A stretch of DNA of 64,000 nt. Source: Actinomycetes bacterium (lineage in GTDB: Bacteria > Actinomycetota > Actinomycetes > Prado026). The notes beneath the pieces are model-generated. The model searched no databases. It was not told where the DNA came from and saw only the letters and a list, made by a program, of their open reading frames with translations. The position numbers were made by a program, and so were the translations under genes. The DNA is taken from assembly GCA_038210415.1 (NCBI GenBank), contig JBBQWS010000001.1:11200-75199 (forward strand), in the 5' to 3' direction. Shown piece by piece: positions 10,942 through 23,880 of the stretch (the stretch's first letter is position 1; every line of letters begins with the position of its first letter).

Positions 10942-12624
10942 ATGAGCGACACGCCGAACCTCAAGCCCCGCAGTGTCGACGTCACCGAGGGGTACGAGCG
11001 GGCGCCGGCCCGGGCCATGCTCCGCGCGGTCGGCATGGGGGACGACGACTGGGCCAAGCCGCAGATCGGGGTCGCCTCGTCCTGGAACGAAATCACCCCC
11101 TGCAACCTCTCGCTGGCCCGGCTCGCGAAGGCCGCCAAGGACGGTGTCCGGCAGGGGGGTGGCTTCCCGCTGGAGTACGGCACGATCTCGGTGTCTGACG
11201 GCATCTCGATGGGGCACGAGGGCATGCGGGTCTCGCTGGTCAGCCGTGAGGTCATCGCCGACTCGGTCGAGTGCGTCGTCCACGCCGAGCGGTTTGACGG
11301 GTCGGTGCTGCTGGCCGGTTGCGACAAGTCCTTGCCCGGCATGCTGATGGCAGCGGCCCGCCTCGACCTCGCCGCGGTGTTCCTGTACGCCGGGTCGATC
11401 CTGCCCGGCCGCATCGGGGACCGGCAGATCACCATCCAGGACGCCTTCGAGGGTGTCGGCGCCTGCGCGATCGGCAAGATCACCCGGGCCGACCTCGACG
11501 AGATCGAGCGCAACGCGTGCCCCGGCGAGGGTGCCTGCGGCGGGATGTTCACCGCCAACACCATGGCCTCCGCGGCGGAGGCGCTGGGCATGTCGCTGCC
11601 CGGCTCGGCCTCACCGCCCGCGCCCGACCGGCGGCGCGACGATGCGGCGGTCCGCTCCGGCGAGGCTGTCGTCAACCTGATCCGGCTCGGCATCACCGCT
11701 CGCCAGATCCTGACCAAGCAGGCGTTCGAGAACGCGATCGCCGTCGTCATGGCGCTCGGCGGTTCGACCAACGCGGTGCTGCACCTGATGGCCATCGCGC
11801 ACGAGGCCCGGGTCGACCTGACGCTCGACGACTTCAACCGGATCGGTGACGCGACGCCGCACCTCGCCGACGTGAAGCCGTTCGGCCGGTACGTGATGAA
11901 CGACATCGACCGGATCGGTGGGGTGCCGGTGGTGATGAAGGCGCTGCTCGACGCCGGTCTGCTGCATGGCGACGCGCTGACCGTCACGGGCCGCACGATG
12001 GCCGAGAACCTCGCTGACATCGCGCCGACTGACCCCGACGGCAAGATCATCCACGCCACCGCGACGCCGATCCACCGCACCGGAGGGCTGCTGATCCTGC
12101 GCGGTTCACTCGCCCCGGATGGTGCGGTCATCAAGTCGGCCAGCGTCGAGGAGCCGATGTTCGAGGGCGTCGCCAAGGTGTTCGACGACGAGCGCGACGC
12201 GATGGACGCCGTGACCGAGGGCCGGATCGTCGCCGGCGACGTCGTGGTGATCCGGTACGAAGGACCGCAGGGCGGGCCCGGGATGCGCGAGATGCTCGCG
12301 GTGACGGCGGCGATCAAGGGCGCGGGTCTCGGCAAGGACGTCCTGCTGCTCACCGACGGCAGGTTCTCCGGCGCGACGGCCGGGTTCTGCATCGGGCACG
12401 TGGCCCCTGAGGCACCGCACGGCGGTCCTATCGCCTTCGTCGCCGACGGCGACCGGATCCGGCTCGACATGGTGGCGCGCACGCTCGACCTCCTCGTCGA
12501 ACCGGCCGAGCTCGAGCGGCGCCGCCACGGCTGGAAGCCGAACGAGCCCCGCTACACGACCGGGGTGCTGGGCAAGTACGCCAGGTTGGTGGGGTCCGCC
12601 GCGCAGGGAGCGGTGTGCGACTGA
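10942..12624 (+). CDS. ilvD: Dihydroxy-acid dehydratase
   Basis: [31 protein letters not shown]..., [26 protein letters not shown] 10942 is in frame with track ORF 9841..12624. Confidence 0.93.
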   Translation: MSDTPNLKPRSVDVTEGYERAPARAMLRAVGMGDDDWAKPQIGVASSWNEITPCNLSLARLAKAAKDGVRQGGGFPLEYGTISVSDGISMGHEGMRVSLVSREVIADSVECVVHAERFDGSVLLAGCDKSLPGMLMAAARLDLAAVFLYAGSILPGRIGDRQITIQDAFEGVGACAIGKITRADLDEIERNACPGEGACGGMFTANTMASAAEALGMSLPGSASPPAPDRRRDDAAVRSGEAVVNLIRLGITARQILTKQAFENAIAVVMALGGSTNAVLHLMAIAHEARVDLTLDDFNRIGDATPHLADVKPFGRYVMNDIDRIGGVPVVMKALLDAGLLHGDALTVTGRTMAENLADIAPTDPDGKIIHATATPIHRTGGLLILRGSLAPDGAVIKSASVEEPMFEGVAKVFDDERDAMDAVTEGRIVAGDVVVIRYEGPQGGPGMREMLAVTAAIKGAGLGKDVLLLTDGRFSGATAGFCIGHVAPEAPHGGPIAFVADGDRIRLDMVARTLDLLVEPAELERRRHGWKPNEPRYTTGVLGKYARLVGSAAQGAVCD

Positions 12625-12692
12625 TGTCCCACATGGCGAGACTCGCGTCTCGCGTACTTGACGCAAGAGGGCCTGGGTGCGAACGTTCCGTT

Positions 12693-12734
12693 ATGCGTAT
12701 CGTCCTCGTAGTACTCGTGGAGCGCGCCGGCTGA
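12693..12734 (+). CDS. ilvB leader peptide (13 codons, [13 protein letters not shown])
   Basis: The mini-ORF ATG CGT ATC GTC CTC GTA GTA CTC GTG GAG CGC GCC GGC TGA has 7 consecutive Ile/Val/Leu codons. It lies 95 nt upstream of ilvB and is followed by two hairpins and a T-tract. Confidence 0.75.
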   Translation: MRIVLVVLVERAG

Positions 12735-12750
12735 CCGCAGCCAGCGCGCC

Positions 12751-12784
12751 GCCCCTCTGAGCCCACACGGGCCGAGGGGCTTTT
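12751..12784 (+). terminator. Attenuator/terminator hairpin of the ilvB leader
   Basis: gcccctc (12751-57) pairs with gaggggc (12774-80). An inner gccc/gggc stem extends it. TTTT follows at 12781-84. An upstream alternative hairpin (12722-33 with 12738-49, 11/12 bp) covers the leader stop codon. Confidence 0.7.
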
Positions 12785-12828
12785 CTATATCCGCACGTCC
12801 GACGCCTGAACGAACGAGGAAGACCTCG

Positions 12829-14568
12829 ATGAGCGAGCAGATCACCGGAGCCCAAAGCCTGGTCCAGTCGCTGGAACGCGCTGGCGTCGAGGTCATGTTC
12901 GGAATCCCCGGCGGCGCGATCCTGCCGGCGTACGACCCGCTCTTCGACTCGAGCATCAGGCACATCCTGGTCAGGCACGAACAGGGCGCCGGGCACGCCG
13001 CCGAGGGCTACGCAGCGGCGACCGGGCGCGTCGGGGTCTGCATGGCTACCTCCGGCCCGGGTGCGACCAACTTGGTCACGCCGATCGCCAACGCCTACAT
13101 GGACTCCGTCCCGCTCGTCGCGGTGACCGGCCAGGTGCCCAGCGCCGCGATCGGCACGGACGCCTTCCAGGAGGCCGACATCCGCGGCATCACGATGCCG
13201 ATCACCAAGCACAACTTCCTCGTGACCGACCCCGCCGAGATCCCGCGGCGCATCGCCGAGGCGTTCCACATCGCGAGCACCGGTCGTCCGGGTCCGGTGC
13301 TCGTCGACATCGCCAAGGATGCCCTGCAGGCGTGGACGACCTTCGCGTGGCCCGACTCGATCGACCTGCCTGGGTATCGCCCGGTGACGCGCCCGCACAG
13401 CAAGCAGGTGCGCGAGGCGGCCCGGTTGATCCTGGAGTCCAGGCGGCCGGTGCTCTATGTCGGCGGTGGTGTGATCCGGGCCAGGGCCAGCGCCGAGCTG
13501 CGGATGCTCGCCGAGCTCACCGGGATCCCCGTCGTCACCACCCTGATGGCGCGCGGGGCCTTCCCTGACTCGCACCCCCAGCACCTCGGCATGCCGGGGA
13601 TGCACGGCACCGTCGCAGCGGTGGGCGCGCTGCAGCAGAGCGACCTGCTGATCACCCTCGGGGCCCGGTTCGACGACCGGGTGACCGGCAAGCTGTCGTC
13701 GTTCGCGCCGGACGCCAAGGTCATCCATGCGGACATCGACCCCGCCGAGATCTCGAAGTACCGCACCGCCGACGTGCCGATCGTGGGGGACTGCCGCGAG
13801 GTCATCGCCGACCTGATCGTGGCCCTGCAGGGCCACGCCCACCAGGCCGTGGAGATCGACCTGGGCGCGTGGTGGGCCACCCTCGACCGGCTGCGCGAGG
13901 TCTATCCGCTCGGCTACGACACCCCGGCCGACGGCGAGCTCGCCCCGCAGTACGTCATCGAACGGCTGGGCGCGATCGCCGGACCGGATGCCATCTACAC
14001 CGCCGGCGTCGGCCAGCACCAGATGTGGGCGGCGCAGTTCGTGAAGTACGAGAAGCCGGACAGCTGGATCAACTCCGGCGGCCTGGGCACCATGGGGTTC
14101 GCGGTGCCGGCGGCCATGGGGGCCAAGGTCGGTCGGCCGGACGCCACCGTCTGGGCGATCGACGGTGACGGCTGCTTCCAGATGACCAACCAGGAGCTCG
14201 CCACCTGCGCTCTCAACGACATCCCGATCAAGGTCGCAGTCATCAACAACGGCAGCCTCGGCATGGTCCGGCAGTGGCAGACCCTGTTCTACGAGTCGCG
14301 CTACTCCAACACCACGTTGCACTCCAAGCGGATTCCCGACTTCGCGAAGCTCGCCGAGGCCTACGGCTGCGCCGGCCTGCGCTGCGAGAGCGCAGGCGAC
14401 GTCGACGCCACCATCGAGGAGGCGATGGAGATCAACGACCGACCCGTCGTGGTCGACTTCGCCGTACACCAGGACGCCATGGTCTGGCCGATGGTCGCCG
14501 CAGGGACGAGCAATGACGACATCATGGTCGCGCGCAACCTCGCGCCGGTCTGGGATCGAGAGGAATAG
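12829..14568 (+). CDS. ilvB: Acetolactate synthase large subunit
   Basis: 579 aa ThDP enzyme with [11 protein letters not shown] and [16 protein letters not shown]. Followed by ilvN and ilvC. Confidence 0.95.
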   Translation: MSEQITGAQSLVQSLERAGVEVMFGIPGGAILPAYDPLFDSSIRHILVRHEQGAGHAAEGYAAATGRVGVCMATSGPGATNLVTPIANAYMDSVPLVAVTGQVPSAAIGTDAFQEADIRGITMPITKHNFLVTDPAEIPRRIAEAFHIASTGRPGPVLVDIAKDALQAWTTFAWPDSIDLPGYRPVTRPHSKQVREAARLILESRRPVLYVGGGVIRARASAELRMLAELTGIPVVTTLMARGAFPDSHPQHLGMPGMHGTVAAVGALQQSDLLITLGARFDDRVTGKLSSFAPDAKVIHADIDPAEISKYRTADVPIVGDCREVIADLIVALQGHAHQAVEIDLGAWWATLDRLREVYPLGYDTPADGELAPQYVIERLGAIAGPDAIYTAGVGQHQMWAAQFVKYEKPDSWINSGGLGTMGFAVPAAMGAKVGRPDATVWAIDGDGCFQMTNQELATCALNDIPIKVAVINNGSLGMVRQWQTLFYESRYSNTTLHSKRIPDFAKLAEAYGCAGLRCESAGDVDATIEEAMEINDRPVVVDFAVHQDAMVWPMVAAGTSNDDIMVARNLAPVWDREE

Positions 14569-14570
14569 GC

Positions 14571-16186
<1,616 letters not shown>

Positions 16187-16210
16187 CCGACCTGCACCTA
16201 GCTGGGCTGC

Positions 16211-19200
16211 TCAGCCGGCGTTGATGACCCGGATCCGGTGGTTGTTCCGGTCGGCGATCCACAGGTTGCCGGCCGCGTCGAGCGCCGTGGCAGCGGGTCG
16301 CTGCCAGGTGGAGAACGTCGCCGGTCCGCCGTCGCCGAGATAGCCGAACTGTCCGGTGCCGGCGAGTGTGGAGATCAGACCGTCGGAGACGAGCCGGACG
16401 CGGTCGTTGTTGACCTCGCTGATCAGCAGGTCGCCGTTGGGCAGGAACTCCAGGTAGTTCGGCTTGTGCAGGCCGGCCTGGTTGGCTGGTCCGCCGTCGC
16501 CGTTGGCCGTCGCGATGCCGATGCCAGCGAAGGTGTTGATGGTGCCGTCGGACGTCACGACCCGGACCCGCTCGTTGTCGTAGTCGGCGATGTACAGGTT
16601 GCCGGCGGCGTCGAGCGCCACGCTGTACGGGTTGAACAACCGGGCCGACGTCGCGGCGATGGCGTCACCGTTGTACCCGCTGGTTCCGTTGCCCGCGACG
16701 GTACTGATGATCCCCGCCGGGCTGACCTTGCGGATCCGCTGGTTGGCCCGGTCGGCGATGTAGAGCGAGCCGTCCGGTGCGGGGAACACGTCGTACGGCG
16801 TCTTGAGCCGCGCCGCGGTGGCCGGGCCCCCGTCACCGGAGAACCCGGCGACGCCGCTGCCGACGACCGTCGTGATGACGCCGCTGGTGCTGATCTTGCG
16901 GATCTTGTTGTTGCCCGAGTCGGCGACGAACAGGTTGCCGGCGGCGTCGAACGCGATCCGGGCCGGGGCGTTCAGCCGCGCCGCCGTGGCAGGTCCGCCG
17001 TCGCCGGTCGAGCCCGCGACGCCGGTTCCGGCGACGGTCGTGACCACTCCGGTTGAGCTCATCTTGCGGATCGAGTGCAGGTTGGTATCGGTGAAGTACA
17101 CCTCGCCGGCCGCGCTGATCGCCAGGCCCCAGTTCTGGTTCATACCGATGGCCGTGCCCTGCTGGCCGTCGCCGGAGTACGTCGACGAGCCGCTGCCGAC
17201 CGCGGTCCACAGCATGTTCTTTCCGCAGCCGGACGAGGTGTACGCCGCTGCCCGGTCGAACAAGGTGTACTGCTGGGCGGTGAAGCTGGTCGAGAGTGCA
17301 CCGGAGAAGTAGACCCGGCAGTCGGGCGCCGTGCTGCCGTCGGCCATCACGGCACCCGGCTGGTATGCGAACTCGGTCGACTGGCCGGGTGCGGTCTCCT
17401 GGATGGAGGCGGCGTTTGCCCCGGGCGTGGCCCAGTAGGCGGTCTTGGCGTTGCCGTTGACCGTGACCGTGCCGCTCAGGTCCGCAGCGAGCGGGTGCAC
17501 CGGCTTCGCGATCGTCGCCGTCGTCACCGGGCCGAGGTTCTGACCGGCGACCGTCGACATGCCGAGCTCGTCGAGCACGCGGTTGCGCAGGACGAGCATG
17601 GGGGTGTCGACCGCCTTGAGCTGGCCCACCTTGGCTTCGACGACCGACCCGCCCACGATCACCAGGGCCTGGTTCGCCAGGGTCGCGGGGGTGATCGAGT
17701 TGTCGTCGATCGTGGTGATGTTGTAGCTCTTCGCCAGCCGAGTCCGCAGGCTGGTCTCGGACGCGGTCAGCAGCGTGGTGTCGTGCACGACCATGAGTGC
17801 CGGCACGCCGCTCGGCGGCGGCAGGATCGTGATGCTCGCCGAGCCGTTGGACGTGACGTTGCCGATGGCGGTGGACGCCTGGGAGCTGAACGAGAACGAG
17901 GGCTTGGACCCGACGTCGCCGCTGACCGGCAGGGTCAGGTGGCAGTAGACCAGCTTGTTCGGCTGGATCGTCACGGGCAGCCCGCACTGCGACGACAGGT
18001 CGCCGTACTGCGGGCTGGTCAGGGTGTTGACTGTGATCGGGTTGCGGATGTCGATGTTGAGGAACGATGCGCCGTACTGCACGTTGCCGGTCGGGTAGGT
18101 GACCGTCCACGGACCGGACGCGAGCCGGAGCCGGTAGGTCGGTGCGCTGGTGAGCACCTGGACGTCGGACGTGTCGGAGGCGGTGATGATCCCGACTCCG
18201 TTGTTCGCCGTCGCCGTGGCGGTCGATGTGACGTCCGCGAGAGCTGCTCCGTTGACCTGGTCGGTGACCGAGCAGGTGTACGAGGAGCTGGCCGCGATGG
18301 TCTGCGGCACGCTACAGGTGCCTTGGCCGTTCAGGTCTCCGAGGCGCTGGTCGGACAACGTGTTCAGCGTCACGCTGCGGTCGGAGTAGGTGTTCATCAC
18401 CCGCACCGAGAAGGTGACCGGCTGTCCGGGCGAGAGCACCCAGGGGGTCGCGGTCTGCTTGCGGATCTCGATGCCCGGCGCGGGAGCCGGGAAGAACCCG
18501 AACCGGCCGTGCGCGACGCCGCCCATGGTGTCACCGTCGCTGCCGACGTAGATGCCAGACGGCAACGACTTGATCACCTTGACGCCGAGGAACCCCCCGG
18601 CGTTGGGCTCCCAGTTGAGGCTGCTGCCCGTGGCGGGGTCGAGCACCGCGAGCTGGAAGTGCTTCTGGGTCGCCGTCTCGGTCTCGATGTAGCGGAAGTG
18701 ACCACCGATGTAGACGCCGGTGCCGGTGGCCGCGACGGCCTCGATCGTGTCACCGATCTTTGTGCTCCAGTTGGGCTTCACGTCCGGGCCGGTGCCGTTC
18801 ATCGGGAAGGAGTTCGCCGTGTCACAGGCGGGGTAGTAGATGTGGCCGGAGCTCACGACGTACGCCGTCGTCCCGTCCGGGGAGATGTCGACGTCACGCA
18901 TCCAGCCCTTGCGACCGCGGGCGCACGGCTGGTTGTAGACCTCGGTGCGCCACGAGGTCACGGCGGCGGGGTGTTGCGAGATGTCGATCTGGGCGATCAG
19001 CGGGCGGTCTGCGCCGCCGATCGTCGCGAAGTTGCCGATCACCATGAGCTTGGTCTGGTCGGGTGACAGCGCGAGCGCCCGGCCGCCGCCCTCGGACGCG
19101 TCGTTGGTCGGGTCGGTGAGCGGGAGGTTGAAGTCGTTCATCGTCGCGCCGGTGCTGGGGTCGACCGCGGCGAGCTTCTTCATCGGTGCGCCGTTGATGT

Positions 19201-20809
19201 TGTCGAAGTTGCCGGTGACGTAGACGGCGCTCGAGGTGACCTCGAGGTCCTTGACGTACGAGTCGGGGGACGGGTCGAAGGTCGGGTCGACGGTGCCGTC
19301 GGCGATCGACAGCTTGGCCAGGTTGCGCCGGCTGACTGCGCCGATGGTGGTGTAGGCGCCGCCGACGTAGACGGACGTGCCGTCGACGCTGCCGCGGACG
19401 GCGTAGATCGTGTCGCCGTCCGGTGCGGGGTTCCAGGCCAGGTCGAGCGCGCCGGTGGCGAGGTCGTACGCCAGCAGGTGGTTGCGGGTGACCAGGCCGT
19501 AGTCGGAGAAGTCGCCGCCGACGAACAACGAGCTGCCGACGTGGGCAAGTGCGAGCGCACCGCTCGTGCCACCGACCGGCGTGCGGGCCAGCGACTTCGG
19601 CGTGGCCTGGTAGGGGATCAGCGCGGCGACTGCGCTCGTCGCGACGGTGACCTTGGCGATGACCTTGGGCGCCGTGCGCTCGGGGAGCAACGAGAAGCTG
19701 CCGGCGATGTCGATGACGCCGGTGCTGTCCAGGGCGATCGAGGCGACGGTGCCGGAGATCGTCGGCAGGGTCAGCGCACCGACCGCGCCGGTGCCGGTGT
19801 TGACCGCAGCCAGGTTGACCCGCGCCAACGCCCCGACCGTGCTGAACGGGCCGGCGACGTACATCGTGCTCGCCGACGGGTCGACGACCAGCGTGTTGAT
19901 GTGACCGTTGACGGCGAGCGACAGCGGGTCGAGGGCCCCGGTGGTGCCGTCGACCTTGGCGAGCCGGGTACGGGTGATGCCGCCAAGCTTGGTGAAGTCG
20001 CCGCCGATCCACAGGCTCGTGCCGTCGACCGCCAACGCGCTGACGGGCTGGTTGGCCGACCCCGGCAGGAAGTTGGTGCTACGCAGACCGCTCGCGGTCA
20101 CGATCGCGCCGATGCGGGCCTGGGCGTTCGAGCCGGCCAACGACGTGAAGGCCCCGCCGACGTAGAGGGTCGCGCCGTCGGTCGAGAGCGCGATGGTCTG
20201 GACGGCTCCGCCGGTGGCCTGCGCGTCCCAGAGGATGGCGCCCGTCGTGCGGTCGAGCTTGGCTGCGCCGACGGCTGGTGCCCCGCCGACGGTCGTGAAG
20301 CCACCACCGACGTAGACCGCACCTGCGTCGACGGCGAGCGACCGGACGACCCCGTTGGTGTTCGGTGCCCAGGCGGTGACCGCCCCGGCGGCGTCGACGG
20401 CGGCGAGGTTGGAGCGGGCCTGGCTGCCTACGCTGGTGAAGCTGCCGCCGATGATCCAGCCGCCGCTGCCGTCGGGGACGACCGCGTTGACGCTGCCGAC
20501 GACGTCGGGGAACCCGGTGCCGAACTGGCCCGACCCGAGGCCGACCACGCCGGCCGCGCCGCGCTGGCCGGGGCCGACCTTGGTGAAGTCGCCACCGACG
20601 ACGATCTTCGAGCCGATCTGGCCGACCGCCAGCGTGTGACCGTCGACGATCGAGATCGTCTGGTCGCTGGGTCGCGGGCTCACACGGCCGATCTGCGGCG
20701 CGCCGTCGGCGTGCGCGACCACTGGTACGCCCACGGCCAGGGAGCCGAGGACGGCGGTCGTGGCCACAGCGACGGTGAGCTTGGATCGGCGGATCGAACG
20801 GCGGATCAT
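16211..20809 (-). CDS. Large secreted multi-domain protein: signal peptide, long beta-propeller repeat region, two Ig-like domains, an alpha/beta domain, and a six-bladed NHL-repeat propeller
   Basis: 1532 aa. N-terminus MIRRSIRRSKLTVAVATTAVLGSLAVGVPVVAHADG. About 14 units of GGxFTxxGGxxRxxLAxxDxxTGA (DUF5122/delta-60-like). The C-terminal region (approx 16214-17221) has 6 NHL units such as AAGNLFVADSGNNKIRKIS and AAGNLYIADYDNERVRVV. Confidence 0.85.
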   Translation of the reverse strand: MIRRSIRRSKLTVAVATTAVLGSLAVGVPVVAHADGAPQIGRVSPRPSDQTISIVDGHTLAVGQIGSKIVVGGDFTKVGPGQRGAAGVVGLGSGQFGTGFPDVVGSVNAVVPDGSGGWIIGGSFTSVGSQARSNLAAVDAAGAVTAWAPNTNGVVRSLAVDAGAVYVGGGFTTVGGAPAVGAAKLDRTTGAILWDAQATGGAVQTIALSTDGATLYVGGAFTSLAGSNAQARIGAIVTASGLRSTNFLPGSANQPVSALAVDGTSLWIGGDFTKLGGITRTRLAKVDGTTGALDPLSLAVNGHINTLVVDPSASTMYVAGPFSTVGALARVNLAAVNTGTGAVGALTLPTISGTVASIALDSTGVIDIAGSFSLLPERTAPKVIAKVTVATSAVAALIPYQATPKSLARTPVGGTSGALALAHVGSSLFVGGDFSDYGLVTRNHLLAYDLATGALDLAWNPAPDGDTIYAVRGSVDGTSVYVGGAYTTIGAVSRRNLAKLSIADGTVDPTFDPSPDSYVKDLEVTSSAVYVTGNFDNINGAPMKKLAAVDPSTGATMNDFNLPLTDPTNDASEGGGRALALSPDQTKLMVIGNFATIGGADRPLIAQIDISQHPAAVTSWRTEVYNQPCARGRKGWMRDVDISPDGTTAYVVSSGHIYYPACDTANSFPMNGTGPDVKPNWSTKIGDTIEAVAATGTGVYIGGHFRYIETETATQKHFQLAVLDPATGSSLNWEPNAGGFLGVKVIKSLPSGIYVGSDGDTMGGVAHGRFGFFPAPAPGIEIRKQTATPWVLSPGQPVTFSVRVMNTYSDRSVTLNTLSDQRLGDLNGQGTCSVPQTIAASSSYTCSVTDQVNGAALADVTSTATATANNGVGIITASDTSDVQVLTSAPTYRLRLASGPWTVTYPTGNVQYGASFLNIDIRNPITVNTLTSPQYGDLSSQCGLPVTIQPNKLVYCHLTLPVSGDVGSKPSFSFSSQASTAIGNVTSNGSASITILPPPSGVPALMVVHDTTLLTASETSLRTRLAKSYNITTIDDNSITPATLANQALVIVGGSVVEAKVGQLKAVDTPMLVLRNRVLDELGMSTVAGQNLGPVTTATIAKPVHPLAADLSGTVTVNGNAKTAYWATPGANAASIQETAPGQSTEFAYQPGAVMADGSTAPDCRVYFSGALSTSFTAQQYTLFDRAAAYTSSGCGKNMLWTAVGSGSSTYSGDGQQGTAIGMNQNWGLAISAAGEVYFTDTNLHSIRKMSSTGVVTTVAGTGVAGSTGDGGPATAARLNAPARIAFDAAGNLFVADSGNNKIRKISTSGVITTVVGSGVAGFSGDGGPATAARLKTPYDVFPAPDGSLYIADRANQRIRKVSPAGIISTVAGNGTSGYNGDAIAATSARLFNPYSVALDAAGNLYIADYDNERVRVVTSDGTINTFAGIGIATANGDGGPANQAGLHKPNYLEFLPNGDLLISEVNNDRVRLVSDGLISTLAGTGQFGYLGDGGPATFSTWQRPAATALDAAGNLWIADRNNHRIRVINAG

Positions 20810-21094
20810 CTACGGGTTCCCCTCGCAAAGACTGCGTGTCGCCTTGGGCTCGGCGGGCGGTCGTCCACGCCCCCCACGGGCAACACCGGTGTCCTGCAGA
20901 GAGTACGAGCCGAGGGTGACAGCCGCCCAGCCCCGGGCGGCGGGTCTGACCCTGTGACGAGGAATTACAACCGATCGGATGACCCGGCCGGTTTCACCAT
21001 GTGGACCAATGTGAATCCGTTCACAAGCCCTCGTACGATGGAGTCTCACCGGCCATAGCCCGTCGCAGGCCCCAACCGAAGGCGCTGACCGAAC

Positions 21095-22684
21095 GTGACC
21101 AAGCCCGTCGTCCTGATTGCCGAAGAGCTCTCCCCGGCCACCGTCGAGGCGCTTGGCCCCGACTTCGAGATCCGGCACTGTGACGGGGCCGACCGGTCCG
21201 TGCTGCTGCCGGCGCTGGCCGACGTCGACGCCGTGCTGATCCGCAGCGCCACGCAGATCGATTCCGAGGCCCTGGCCGCCGCGCCGCGGCTCAAGGTCGT
21301 CGCCCGGGCCGGAGTCGGCCTCGACAACGTCGACGTCCCCGCGGCGACCCAGGCCGGCGTCATGGTCGTCAACGCGCCCCAGTCCAACATCGTGTCCGCC
21401 GCCGAGCTGGCCGTCGGGCTGCTCATCGCCAGCGCCCGCCACATCGCGCCCGCGAGCGCGGCGCTGCGAGGCGGGGCCTGGAAGCGGTCGAAGTACAGCG
21501 GGGTCGAGCTGCAGGACAAGGTTCTCGGAGTGGTCGGCCTCGGCCGTATCGGCGCGCTCGTCGCCCAGCGACTGTCCGCCTTCGGCATGCGGCTCGTCGC
21601 GTACGACCCCTACGTCCAGCCGGCCCGGGCGGCGCAGATCGGCGTCAAGCTGATGAGCCTCGACGAGCTGCTCGCCGTCTCCGACTTCATCACCGTCCAC
21701 CTGCCCAAGACGCCCGAGACGATCGGCCTGATCGGCGACGATGCCTTGCACAAGGTGAAGCCGACCGTGCGGATCATCAACGCGGCTCGCGGGGGCATCG
21801 TCGACGAGGCGGCGCTCGTGCGCGCGCTCGAGGAGGGCCGGGTGGCCGGCGCCGGCCTCGACGTCTACGCGAAAGAGCCCTGCACCGACAGCCCGCTCTT
21901 CGCGTTCGAGCAGGTCGTCGCGGTTCCGCACCTGGGTGCCAGCACCGCCGAGGCCCAGGAGAAGGCCGGTATCTCGGTGGCGAAGTCGGTGCGCCTGGCA
22001 CTGGCCGGCGAGCTCGTCCCCGACGCGGTCAACGTGCAGGGCGGCGTGATCGCGGAGGACGTCAAGCCGGGCCTGCCGCTGACCGAGCGGCTGGGGCGGA
22101 TCTTCACCGCGCTGGCCGGGGGAGTTGCCGCCCGGATCGACGTCGAGGTCCGCGGCGAGATCGCCGCGCTCGACGTCTCCATCCTCGAGCTGGCCGCGCT
22201 CAAGGGCGTCTTCGCCGACGTCGTCGAGGAGTCCGTGACCTACGTGAACGCCCCGCTGCTCGCCAAGGAGCGCGGTGTCGAAGTCGCGTTGAGCACCGAC
22301 CTCGACAGCCCCGACCACCGCAACCTGATCACGGTACGAGGCACCCTCACCGACGGCAGCTCGGTGTCGGTCTCGGGCACCTTGGTCGGCCCGAAGCGGA
22401 TCGAGAAGCTCGTCGAGGTCGACGGGTTCGACATCGACCTGGTGCCGAGCGACCACCTGGTGTTCTTCCGCTACCACGACAAACCCGGCGTCGTCGGATC
22501 GGTCGGCCACCTGTTGGGCACCGCGGGGATCAACATCGGCGGTATGCAGGTGAGCCGTGACGAGCGCGGCGGGCACGCCTTGATGGCCTTGACCGTCGAC
22601 ACCGCGGTCTCGCCCGACATCCTCGCCGGCATCGTCGCCGCGATCGACGCGCACTCCGGCCGCACCGTCGACCTCGACGGCTGA
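21095..22684 (+). CDS. serA: D-3-phosphoglycerate dehydrogenase
   Basis: 529 aa. 2-hydroxyacid dehydrogenase core ([15 protein letters not shown]) plus a C-terminal ACT region. GTG start. Confidence 0.92.
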   Translation: MTKPVVLIAEELSPATVEALGPDFEIRHCDGADRSVLLPALADVDAVLIRSATQIDSEALAAAPRLKVVARAGVGLDNVDVPAATQAGVMVVNAPQSNIVSAAELAVGLLIASARHIAPASAALRGGAWKRSKYSGVELQDKVLGVVGLGRIGALVAQRLSAFGMRLVAYDPYVQPARAAQIGVKLMSLDELLAVSDFITVHLPKTPETIGLIGDDALHKVKPTVRIINAARGGIVDEAALVRALEEGRVAGAGLDVYAKEPCTDSPLFAFEQVVAVPHLGASTAEAQEKAGISVAKSVRLALAGELVPDAVNVQGGVIAEDVKPGLPLTERLGRIFTALAGGVAARIDVEVRGEIAALDVSILELAALKGVFADVVEESVTYVNAPLLAKERGVEVALSTDLDSPDHRNLITVRGTLTDGSSVSVSGTLVGPKRIEKLVEVDGFDIDLVPSDHLVFFRYHDKPGVVGSVGHLLGTAGINIGGMQVSRDERGGHALMALTVDTAVSPDILAGIVAAIDAHSGRTVDLDG

Positions 22685-22721
22685 CTCGACGGCCGACTCG
22701 ACGGCCGCCGTGAGGCCGCTC

Positions 22722-22754
22722 ACCCGTCCGTCTCAGAGCGCGAGACGGACGGGT
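22722..22754 (+). terminator. Perfect 13-bp stem-loop after serA and upstream of leuB (terminator or operator)
   Basis: acccgtccgtctc (22722-34) / agagcgc loop / gagacggacgggt (22742-54). No T-tract follows. GCGAGACGC follows at 22761-69. Confidence 0.5.
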
Positions 22755-22787
22755 CAGAAGGCGAGACGCGGTCGTACCCTCGCAGGT

Positions 22788-23840
22788 ATGACCCGCACTC
22801 TTCGACTCGCAGTAGTGGCCGGCGACGGCATCGGCCCTGAGGTCGTCGCCGAAGGGCTCAAGGTGCTTCGGGCCGTGGCGCCGGGCGCCGGTTTCGGGTT
22901 GGCGACGACCGAGTTCGACCTGGGCGCGCGGCGCTACCTCGCCACGGGTGACACGCTGCCGGACGCCGACCTGGCCGCCCTGCGGACCCACGACGCGATC
23001 CTGCTCGGCGCCATCGGCGACCCCAGCGTGCCCAGCGGGGTCCTGGAACGCGGCCTGCTGCTCCGGCTGCGGTTCGAGCTCGACCACCACGTGAACCTGA
23101 GACCGGTCCGGCTGCTTCCCGGAGCGCCGACCCCGCTCGCCGGGGTGACGCCGGAGCAGATCGACATCGTCGTCGTACGCGAGGGGACCGAAGGCCCGTA
23201 CGCCGGCTCCGGCGGCTTCCTGCGTCGCGGCACGCCGCACGAGGTCGCCACCGAGGAGAGCCTCAACACCCGCTACGGCGTGGAGCGCGTCGTGCGTGAC
23301 GCGTTCGCCCGGGCCGCGTCGCGACCGCGCCGCCACATCACCTTGGTGCACAAGAACAACGTGCTGACCCACGCCGGCGACCTCTGGACCCGCACCTTCG
23401 ACGAGGTGGCGACGGAGTTCCCCGGGGTCACCACCGCCTACCTGCACGTCGACGCGGCCACGATGTTCTTCGTGAACGACCCGCAGCGGTTCGACGTCGT
23501 GGTCACCGACAACCTGTTCGGCGACATCATCACCGACCTCGGGGCGGCGATCGCCGGTGGCATCGGGCTCGCCGCCAGCGGCAACCTCGACGTGAGCGGT
23601 GCCAACCCGAGCATGTTCGAGCCGGTGCACGGCTCGGCCCCCGACATCGCCGGCACCGGCCAGGCCGACCCGACGGCCACCGTGCTGTCCGTGGCGATGC
23701 TGCTGGCCCACCTGGGCTACAGCGGGGCGGCGGCGCGGATCGACTCCGCGGTCGCTGCTGACATCCTGGCCCGGGTCGAGGCGCCGCAGCGGACGACCAG
23801 TGCCATCGGGGACGCACTCGCGGCGCTCGCCTCGGGCTGA
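22788..23840 (+). CDS. leuB: 3-isopropylmalate dehydrogenase
   Basis: [19 protein letters not shown] and [28 protein letters not shown] 22788 is in frame with track ORF 22710..23840. Confidence 0.93.
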   Translation: MTRTLRLAVVAGDGIGPEVVAEGLKVLRAVAPGAGFGLATTEFDLGARRYLATGDTLPDADLAALRTHDAILLGAIGDPSVPSGVLERGLLLRLRFELDHHVNLRPVRLLPGAPTPLAGVTPEQIDIVVVREGTEGPYAGSGGFLRRGTPHEVATEESLNTRYGVERVVRDAFARAASRPRRHITLVHKNNVLTHAGDLWTRTFDEVATEFPGVTTAYLHVDAATMFFVNDPQRFDVVVTDNLFGDIITDLGAAIAGGIGLAASGNLDVSGANPSMFEPVHGSAPDIAGTGQADPTATVLSVAMLLAHLGYSGAAARIDSAVAADILARVEAPQRTTSAIGDALAALASG

Positions 23841-23880
23841 CCACTCGCGGCTCGCACTTCGGCCTGGCTAGTCTGGAGGA

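Noticed and set aside
12691-14469. 592-aa minus-strand ORF
   Set aside because: It is antisense to ilvB, which has unmistakable ThDP-enzyme motifs, and has no motifs of its own.
20810-22723. 637-aa minus-strand ORF
   Set aside because: It is antisense to serA and its upstream region, with low-complexity composition.
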